This document shows, in pieces, positions 42,751-49,158 of a DNA stretch of 64,000 nucleotides. The translations under genes were made by a program, and so were the position numbers. The DNA is from a virus. Lineage: Duplodnaviria; Caudoviricetes. The stretch is taken from IMG/VR virus record IMGVR_UViG_3300029305_003259, positions 64,432 through 128,431 of that record. One strand, 5' to 3'. Each line of letters begins with the position of its first letter. The first letter of the stretch is position 1. The notes under the pieces were generated by a model that had not been told where the DNA came from, did not search any database, and saw only the letters and a program-made list of their open reading frames with translations.

Positions 42751-43530
42751 TTACAGTTCATCATCGTCATCTTCAATTTTCTTCATTAGTGCGGCAATTG
42801 CATCCTGTACGTCTTTGCGCTGAATACTTTCAGCCATCCAAGAGACATAATCAGGCTTCTCATTATAAACATCGATAAGCTTGTGGCCTTTGTACTTACC
42901 AAATCCAAGAACATAATTATCAATATCTACTTGAACCGGTTCTGCATCATTGACCATAGGATTTTCAAATGTCATGATTAAATCCTTTCGTGACGCTAGA
43001 TAATCTGCTAGATGCACAAAACGCTGATAATCATCTAACGGCTTAGGCAGTTCAAACTTAGTCTTTTTATCTACATTCCACTGCCCCATATGGGATTCAA
43101 TACAATGAGCGATAAAATCCTTTTCTGCATTTTCCAATCCATCAGTTTCACGAACAACATTAGCCATACGCACAGGATGGTCAAATCTAGTATACTTTGA
43201 TTTTTCGTAATCTTCCTGATTGCCACTCTTACGACCATCATGAATTAATGCAGCCACACGCATGAGATCCATTTCTCTATCAGTCATGCCTATATTATAC
43301 TGTTCTAGTTCAAAAAAGAAATTCAGAAATCTGACAACGGCAACCTGATGACGCATAAGCCCGCCGTCTCCAAGCGAATACTCGGGATGATATTTGCCAG
43401 TACTAGATGCCCCTACATGCCAGACATAATCGGGCAGATCATTTAATAGGGTTACTGCAAAGTTCTTAATATCTTCATTAATAAAAGTATTTAAAATTGG
43501 AGCAACAAAATTCATCTGAGTTTCAGTCAT
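42751..43530 (-). CDS. HD-domain phosphohydrolase
   Basis: ASSTGKYHP...GGL.RH, LIHD..K, HMGQW, HLADY; C-terminal FGKYKG domain. Confidence 0.88.
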   Translation of the reverse strand: MTETQMNFVAPILNTFINEDIKNFAVTLLNDLPDYVWHVGASSTGKYHPEYSLGDGGLMRHQVAVVRFLNFFFELEQYNIGMTDREMDLMRVAALIHDGRKSGNQEDYEKSKYTRFDHPVRMANVVRETDGLENAEKDFIAHCIESHMGQWNVDKKTKFELPKPLDDYQRFVHLADYLASRKDLIMTFENPMVNDAEPVQVDIDNYVLGFGKYKGHKLIDVYNEKPDYVSWMAESIQRKDVQDAIAALMKKIEDDDDEL

Positions 43531-43532
43531 AT

Positions 43533-43775
43533 TTAGTCCTCCGTGTAATACTCTAGATCCTCAAAAATACTAGATAAAGTAATGGCAGAGTTTCTTTGGT
43601 TCATAATTGCCGCATTCGGCAGATCCTCGTCTTCGTGATTCTGAGCGAATCCAATGAGATTATCCAAAATAATCTTACAGACAGATGCAGTTTCAATTAC
43701 ATCCGCGCTTTTACAATAACTAATTTCTCCATTTTCAATCATTTCGCATACATTATATAAATGTTCTAACTTCAT
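43533..43775 (-). CDS. Hypothetical protein
   Basis: GAGGAGG RBS; coupled to the upstream ORF. Confidence 0.65.
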   Translation of the reverse strand: MKLEHLYNVCEMIENGEISYCKSADVIETASVCKIILDNLIGFAQNHEDEDLPNAAIMNQRNSAITLSSIFEDLEYYTED

Positions 43776-43933
43776 TAATATTCCTCCTCAATATCAAGCA
43801 CAATCTTATCAATGTGGCCGCAATTATCGCACTCTTCCTTCCAATTAGATAGAATCATTCTATCGATATTCTTCTTGGAAAGCTTATGCTTCTTTAGATA
43901 ACACTTCTTACATAGGGTAGCTTCTTCGTACAT
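43775..43933 (-). CDS. Small Zn-ribbon protein (52 aa, not in ORF track)
   Basis: MYEEATLCKKCYLKKHKLSKKNIDRMILSNWKEECDNCGHIDKIVLDIEEEY; AAGGAG RBS; two CxxC. Confidence 0.7.
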   Translation of the reverse strand: MYEEATLCKKCYLKKHKLSKKNIDRMILSNWKEECDNCGHIDKIVLDIEEEY

Positions 43934-43944
43934 AATTTTACTCC

Positions 43945-44355
43945 TTAATCAAAAATTTCTTGAATATAACCATTGTCACTAGTGTAAAAGATTTTTTTAA
44001 TACCAAGACTTCTAATAAGTCTCTGACAGCTCGGACAAGGTCTAGCAAGCGCCTTGGTTCCATCCTTCATCTCTCGATAAATGTAAAGCTTGACCTTGCC
44101 CCATTCGACGTTTTTACGATTCATCAATGGCAGCAAAGCATCAAGTTCCGCATGTTTCCAATGATGAAGGGTATCAACATCAAAACGTTCTCTATTAAGT
44201 TCCCTCTGTTTGGGATGCGTGACTTGGCAATTACAACCACTAGAAATCAATCTGTGCTTATACACGACTGCGCACCCGATATGCTGCCTGGGGAAGTCGC
44301 TTGTCTCTGCAACTGCTTTTGCCACATTGAAATATGCTTCATCTTTTTTATTCAT
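43945..44355 (-). CDS. Zn-dependent deaminase (cytidine/dCMP/TadA superfamily)
   Basis: HAE and PCPSC motifs. Confidence 0.88.
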   Translation of the reverse strand: MNKKDEAYFNVAKAVAETSDFPRQHIGCAVVYKHRLISSGCNCQVTHPKQRELNRERFDVDTLHHWKHAELDALLPLMNRKNVEWGKVKLYIYREMKDGTKALARPCPSCQRLIRSLGIKKIFYTSDNGYIQEIFD

Positions 44356-44407
44356 AAATACTTCCTTTAATTTTGTACTGTAATACTAGCACATGTTTGC
44401 TGTTTTG

Positions 44408-45535
44408 TCAAGACTGTTTTCGCACGTCTTCAATTAAGAAAGGCAAAATATTTAAAACCTTATTTACTTCATCATACGTGTTAAACATATCAACGGTAAT
44501 ACGAATTGTCTGCGAAGCCTGTTCATCAGTTAACCCAATGGCCTTTAAGGTTTGGCTTGGAACATTGCTATATGAATGACATGCAGATCCTTTGGAAATA
44601 CATATGCCATGCATATCACATAAGCCTAACAATGTAGATGCATCTACTCCGTCAATGGTTAAACTAATATTGCCATCTAATCTATTTTCATTAATTGACG
44701 GGCCATTTAGGTGAGTTCCAGGAATTTTAAGCAATTCATTTAATAAATTATCTCTGAAATATTTACAATAAGAATTGTTATTATACTTTCTTGTAATTTC
44801 TAGCGCTTTGCCCATTCCTGCGATAAGAGCAGTATTATAAGATCCGCCACGCAGATGATTTTCTTGACTGCCGTAAATAATAGGATTGATGTTAATGCCG
44901 TTTCTTACATATAGAAATCCAACGCCCTCTGTTGCATGAAACTTTTGCGCAGATGCCGTCATCATATCAATGCCTAGTTCATTAACATCTAGTTTACGAT
45001 GCGGATATAGTGCAGTGGCATCACAATGGAAGATACCATCAAATTTATGAATGATATTTGACAGTGATTTAATATCCTGAATTGTACCAATTTCAGAATT
45101 GGCTGCCCCAATTGACACAAATGGCTTGGTACAGTTTATAACTTCACTCCATAACAATGCATCTTCTAATTTATTAGGGTGAATATTGCCAAAATTATCA
45201 TTCTTAATAAAAAATGTTTTACCAATATGCGGAATCGCATCAATTATAGATGAGTGTTCCAGATATGTTGTCAAAAAGCTATATTCTTTTCTTGAAATGC
45301 CGCTGATTGCCATACTGTTTGCCTCACACCCAGAAGAGGTAAAAATGATTTCTTCTGGTTTGCAATTAATATCGGCAGCAATTTGATCACGTACGTTTTC
45401 AATGATTTCCTTAGACTTGTGGCCAAACTCATATACAGAACTTGCATTGCCCCAAGAATTGCTTAACACATCTGTGATTGTTTCAATGACTTCCTTATAC
45501 GGCTTTGTTGTTGCCGCATTATCAAAATAAATCAT
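44408..45535 (-). CDS. iscS: Cysteine desulfurase (IscS/NifS)
   Basis: IYFDNAATT, GNASS, EIIFTS, NSEIG, SAQKFH (PLP Lys), SKGSAC (catalytic Cys). Confidence 0.95.
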   Translation of the reverse strand: MIYFDNAATTKPYKEVIETITDVLSNSWGNASSVYEFGHKSKEIIENVRDQIAADINCKPEEIIFTSSGCEANSMAISGISRKEYSFLTTYLEHSSIIDAIPHIGKTFFIKNDNFGNIHPNKLEDALLWSEVINCTKPFVSIGAANSEIGTIQDIKSLSNIIHKFDGIFHCDATALYPHRKLDVNELGIDMMTASAQKFHATEGVGFLYVRNGININPIIYGSQENHLRGGSYNTALIAGMGKALEITRKYNNNSYCKYFRDNLLNELLKIPGTHLNGPSINENRLDGNISLTIDGVDASTLLGLCDMHGICISKGSACHSYSNVPSQTLKAIGLTDEQASQTIRITVDMFNTYDEVNKVLNILPFLIEDVRKQS

Positions 45536-45600
45536 AACAATGCTCCTTTAATTATGTATTGTAAGTGTATAATAGCACATAATTTTATATTTGTCAATAG

Positions 45601-45628
45601 CAAAAACGGACACCTTTCGGTGCCCGTC
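45601..45628 (-). terminator. Terminator at the end of the tRNA array
   Basis: Minus strand ACGGGCACC-GAAA-GGTGTCCGT-TTTTG. Confidence 0.85.
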
Positions 45629-45650
45629 TTTGCAAAAATCAAAGAGTACT

Positions 45651-45739
45651 TGGCGCAGCGCTGAGGTGTCGATCCCCATACCATCCCTGGCACCACTTGT
45701 TTTCAAGACAAGGCTTACCGCCGGGTAAGTTAACGCTGC
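45651..45739 (-). tRNA. tRNA-Ser(TGA)
   Basis: GCAGCGT/GCGCTGC acceptor, CTTGT-CT TGA AA-ACAAG, long variable arm, G73, CCA. Confidence 0.85.
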
Positions 45740-45742
45740 ATA

Positions 45743-45828
45743 TGGCGGAGAGCAGTGCAATCGAAGCACATCCCTTGCGAGACACAACGCTTAGCAGGCG
45801 TGTTCCAGACCTCCTGAATTTACTCTCC
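45743..45828 (-). tRNA. tRNA-Ser(GCT)
   Basis: GGAGAGT/GCTCTCC acceptor, CT GCT AA loop, long variable arm, G73, CCA. Confidence 0.88.
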
Positions 45829-45945
45829 ATATTCTATTTTTACACTTCTTAGCAGGAAATAGAGAACCTGCCGCTTGTCAACCTCGTGCTGGTTAGGCTT
45901 GCTTTCTAAGTATCTAAATACGTAGCGCTCTATAAGTAGATACTA

Positions 45946-46031
45946 TGGAGCAGCAGGTGGGATTCGAACCCACGCGGGCTTACACCGACGGCTTACAAGA
46001 CCGTTCCAATCAACCACTATGGGACTGCTGC
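45946..46031 (-). tRNA. tRNA-Thr(TGT) with an unusual long variable arm
   Basis: GCAGCAG/CTGCTGC acceptor, ACGGT-CT TGT AA-GCCGT, 14-nt variable region, TTCGAAT loop, CCA. Confidence 0.8.
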
Positions 46032-46193
46032 ATATAAGTGGAAAATTTATTTATACTTCCACTTTTAATAATTTTGTATTGTTATTAACATACATTTCTA
46101 TTATCATAAATATAAATTAAGTCACCCTGAAGCTATGGCAGCGTCATTAACACAACCAATACGAACTCAATATGGTGACAAGTTCTGATAATT

Positions 46194-46269
46194 TGGTGAC
46201 CCGCCCGAGAATCGAACTCGGGACACCATGATTAAAAGTCATGTGCTCTACCAACTGAGCTAGCGGGTC
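46194..46269 (-). tRNA. tRNA-Lys(TTT)
   Basis: Canonical cloverleaf, CT TTT AA, CCA. Confidence 0.95.
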
Positions 46270-46272
46270 ATA

Positions 46273-46346
46273 TGGTAGAAGATGTCGGACTTGAACCGCT
46301 ACTCTTCGCCCCAAACGAAGCGTGTTGCCATTACACCACATCCTCT
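46273..46346 (-). tRNA. tRNA-Pro(TGG), apparent 8/4 fold
   Basis: AGAGGATG/CATCTTCT acceptor, CTTCG-TT TGG GG-CGAAG, short T-stem, CCA. Confidence 0.8.
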
Positions 46347-46397
46347 ATATGGTGGAAAGGGGATATTATAGAGCACCTCTCCACGTTACTGCTCTTT

Positions 46398-46485
46398 TGG
46401 TGGGAGGGGTAGGAATTGAACCTACGGTGTATCTTACGTGCCTGATTTACAGTCAGGTGTCATCGCCAACTAGACATACCCACCC
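46398..46485 (-). tRNA. tRNA-Tyr(GTA)
   Basis: CCTGA-CT GTA AA-TCAGG, long variable arm, A73, CCA. Confidence 0.9.
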
Positions 46486-46567
46486 ATATATAGTGGGCGG
46501 TTTATGAGATTACCGTTCTCAATTACGTAGAGTATTTGCCCTAAATAAGACCAACCGCCGTAGTCTT

Positions 46568-46654
46568 TGGTGCTACTGATAAGACTCGAACTTACACGGC
46601 ATTTCTACCATCAGCACCTCAAGCTGACTTGTCTACCTATTCCAACACAGTAGC
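46568..46654 (-). tRNA. tRNA-Leu(GAG)
   Basis: TCAGC-TT GAG GT-GCTGA, long variable arm, CCA. Confidence 0.92.
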
Positions 46655-46657
46655 ATA

Positions 46658-46733
46658 TGGAGCAAGACACGGGATTCAAACCCGCCCCTTCAGCTTGGAA
46701 GGCTGACGTGCTAATCGCTAACACTAGTCCTGC
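46658..46733 (-). tRNA. tRNA-Gly(TCC)
   Basis: TCAGC-CT TCC AA-GCTGA, U73, CCA. Confidence 0.9.
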
Positions 46734-46878
46734 ATATGTGCCGTGGTGACACTAAGCCACGTCTCTCCGAAGTTTTACCCACGGCTATTCTATTGTACTA
46801 TCGTTACAATAGACCTTAGAGGATTTTTATGTACGAATTACGATAGTTTCCGTACAAGGCTATGTATTATAATATTAT

Positions 46879-47010
46879 TCAGGGCTTATACCAACCTACA
46901 TACTTTCCATCACGGAAGATAAAACGCTTCTTGCCGATGCAGAGATAAACAGCATTGTCATCTTCTGCGCTCTGCACCATGGTGGCCTTCTTGAAAATTC
47001 TGTTTAGCAT
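46879..47010 (-). CDS. Small protein inside the tRNA array (43 aa, not in ORF track)
   Basis: MLNRIFKKATMVQSAEDDNAVYLCIGKKRFIFRDGKYVGWYKP; strong GAAAGGAG RBS. Confidence 0.7.
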   Translation of the reverse strand: MLNRIFKKATMVQSAEDDNAVYLCIGKKRFIFRDGKYVGWYKP

Positions 47011-47040
47011 AATATTGTCTCCTTTCTATAAATTTAAATT

Positions 47041-47114
47041 TGGCGGGAGATAGAGGTAACGATCCTCTGTCCTACGGTTAACAGCCGTATGCTCTACCTT
47101 TGAGCTAATCTCCC
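47041..47114 (-). tRNA. tRNA-Asn(GTT)
   Basis: TACGG-CT GTT AA-CCGTA, G73, CCA; atypical T-loop ATCGTTA. Confidence 0.88.
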
Positions 47115-47210
47115 ATGTAAAGTTATTTCCTACACAACCGCGTAGACTATTCCTTTCGGACAAATCTATCTACCTCGTCCCTCTTCAACCATTCCCCTCG
47201 GAAATAACTG

Positions 47211-47285
47211 TGGCACGGCTGGATGGATTTGAACCATCGAATGCGGGAGTCAAAGTCCCGTGCCTTACCGCTTGGCTACAGCCGT
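47211..47285 (-). tRNA. tRNA-Gln(TTG)
   Basis: CGGGA-CT TTG AC-TCCCG, G73, CCA. Confidence 0.93.
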
Positions 47286-47412
47286 ATATTTGGTGGATCT
47301 AAAAGCAGAGCCAGTACAGCTTCTGACATCTTTAAAACTCCCCACCAAGTTTTGTTTAATGGATTCTGCATCTAGAATGTATCGGCTTATACGCCGATAG
47401 CAGACCCCAAAA

Positions 47413-47489
47413 TGGTACGCCATACTGGACTCAAACCAGTGACCTACCGCTTAGAAGGCGGTTGCTCTGTTCAACTGAGCTAATGGCGC
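47413..47489 (-). tRNA. tRNA-Arg(TCT)
   Basis: ACCGC-CT TCT AA-GCGGT, CCA. Confidence 0.92.
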
Positions 47490-47492
47490 ATA

Positions 47493-47569
47493 TGGTTCCC
47501 AAGGTGAGGATCGAACTCACAGTCTCCCGATTATAAGTCGGGTGCTCAGACCAATTGAGCTGCTTGGGA
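47493..47569 (-). tRNA. tRNA-Ile(TAT)
   Basis: CCCGA-CT TAT AA-TCGGG, A73, CCA. Confidence 0.88.
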
Positions 47570-47575
47570 ATATAA

Positions 47576-47650
47576 TGGTAGCCCGTAGGAGAATTGAACT
47601 CCTGCCTCTGGAATGAGAATCCAGCGTCTTAGCCACTTGACTAATAGACC
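47576..47650 (-). tRNA. tRNA-Glu(CTC) with a weak acceptor stem
   Basis: CTGGA-TT CTC AT-TCCAG; acceptor GGTCTAT/ACGGGCT has three G-U pairs and one A-C mismatch; CCA. Confidence 0.75.
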
Positions 47651-47675
47651 ATATAAAGCTCAATTTTTTGAGCTT

Positions 47676-48380
47676 TTAATTTTTTCTATAATCTAAACTA
47701 TGATAAGACATGTTATATTTTTTACACCATTTTCTAACTGTATTATCGCTGACTTCATATTGTCGCCCAACCATGCGAAAATTGCCTTGATTGTTAATGA
47801 TACAATTGATTAATTCTTCTTTACTTGGACATTTAGTTGATTGTGAAACTTTTGCACAGCAACTTTTACACAACATTGCATCTTTACTAATTTCTTTTCC
47901 ACAATTAGTGCAATATTTTTTCTTTTGTTCATGAATTGGTCTGTTTTTTCCACCAAAAGTATCTAATTGTCTATCACAATTAGGGCAAATCCATCTTAAA
48001 TTTTCTAATCTATCATCATGGTTGTCTCCATTAATATGATCTAACGTTAATGATAATTCTTTTCCATTCCAAAATGGTTCTTGTCCACATATAGAACATT
48101 TATATTCTGAATACCCACCTTTTAAATACCATTTTCTTAAAGTAGATTGGTCTGCTGTACTATTTAATATAAAGATATTTTCTGGTGTTCTTTTAATCCT
48201 AGGTGTATTCTGAAAGTGATTAATTGAGATTCCATATTCAATTATTTTATTTTTAATTAATGTATAAACATCTCCTGTTTTAGCAGAATACCCAATCTTA
48301 TTTACGACCTCAGCATAAGAATTACTATTTTTAATTATTTCTTCTAATGCATCTTTACTAAAAGTATCAATTAAACTCAT
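47676..48380 (-). mobile_element. Free-standing HNH homing endonuclease
   Basis: YKCSICG...LDHINGD..D.RLENLRWICPNC, extra zinc ribbon, C-terminal HTH; AT-rich insert between two tRNA-Glu genes. Confidence 0.9.
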
Positions 48381-48411
48381 TATGTCATCAACTCAATTGT
48401 CAATAAATATC

Positions 48412-48468
48412 TACAAGCTATCAGTTAAAACAGGTCATACCACGTGAAGGTTGCTTGTACAATGACCC
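48412..48468 (-). ncRNA. Theta ribozyme (minimal HDV-like self-cleaving RNA)
   Basis: P1 GGGUCAU/AUGACCU with first G-U pair; P2 UACAAGC/GCUUGUA; P3 ACC/GGU; L3 UUCACGU; G after P1; CUGA junction; begins right after the tRNA discriminator. Confidence 0.85.
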
Positions 48469-48541
48469 TACTCCCAACGGGATTCGAACCCGTGACTTCG
48501 GAATGAAAGCCCGATGACTTAGTCCACTTGTCGATGGGAGC
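48469..48541 (-). tRNA. tRNA-Glu(TTC), no encoded CCA
   Basis: GCTCCCA/TGGGAGT acceptor plus A73, TCGGG-CT TTC AT-TCCGA; followed directly by the ribozyme. Confidence 0.92.
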
Positions 48542-48703
48542 ATTTGAGTAGGTTAGGATTCCCTACAACCGCACATCACACCTCTCTTGGCCTGTCATTT
48601 TCGCCACTATTTTTTCAAGATACCTTGCGCTTCAGCATCTTTACTTCAATAGCGTTAAGCTACTTGACACTAGGGCTGGTGTTCATTTGCTCTCTGCCCT
48701 CGG

Positions 48704-48779
48704 TGGTGGAGCTATGCGGAATCGAACCGCAGACCTCTTCCTTGCAAGGGAAGCGTTCTCCCAACTGAACTATAGCCCC
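48704..48779 (-). tRNA. tRNA-Ala(TGC)
   Basis: GGGGCTA/TAGCTCC with G3-U70, CT TGC AA, CCA. Confidence 0.95.
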
Positions 48780-48931
48780 ATATAAAAAAGGCCTTTTAAA
48801 GTGATGCCTAGCACTCCACCTCAACGGGCGGATTTTCCTCCGAGTAAGACTTAGCACATACAATCATAGGCTTAATCCTCCTTGTTGGATTTCGGTTTAG
48901 TTTTTTTAGGACATACACCGAAACAAGTCCT

Positions 48932-49005
48932 TGGTTGCGGTCGAACGATTTGAACGTTGTCTCTAGGTTATGAACCTAGTGAGCTACCATTGCTCCACCA
49001 CCGCG
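48932..49005 (-). tRNA. tRNA-Met(CAT), initiator-like, apparent 8/4 fold
   Basis: C1xA72 mismatch, CTAGG-TT CAT AA-CCTAG, 4-bp T-stem AACG/CGTT, CCA. Confidence 0.8.
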
Positions 49006-49010
49006 ATATT

Positions 49011-49087
49011 TGGTAGCCCTGGTCGGATTCGAACCGACACTATACGGATTTTGAGTCCGCTTCCTCTGCCAATTGGGATACAGGGCC
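49011..49087 (-). tRNA. tRNA-Leu(CAA) with a short variable loop
   Basis: GCGGA-CT CAA AA-TCCGT, 5-nt variable loop, A73, CCA. Confidence 0.87.
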
Positions 49088-49094
49088 ATATTCA

Positions 49095-49153
49095 TTAATT
49101 TTGTGTTGTCTTTTAAGTGTTGTTATTATAACACATATTTTTTAGTTTGTCAA
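49095..49153 (-). promoter_or_regulatory. Sigma-A promoter driving the tRNA array
   Basis: Minus strand TTGACA-17-TATAAT, then the CAACACAAAATTAA box just before tRNA-Leu(CAA). Confidence 0.85.
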
Positions 49154-49158
49154 GAGGT

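Noticed and set aside
48890-48931. Firm call of a preQ1-I riboswitch
   Set aside because: The A-rich tail is similar but the loop consensus does not match and no queuosine genes follow; kept only as an unassigned pseudoknot.
45548-49087. Short ORFs called across the tRNA array (45548-45787, 45639-45830, 46147-46341, 46322-46507, 48544-48768, 48660-48863)
   Set aside because: They overlap clear tRNA genes or promoters and lack RBSs; shadow ORFs.
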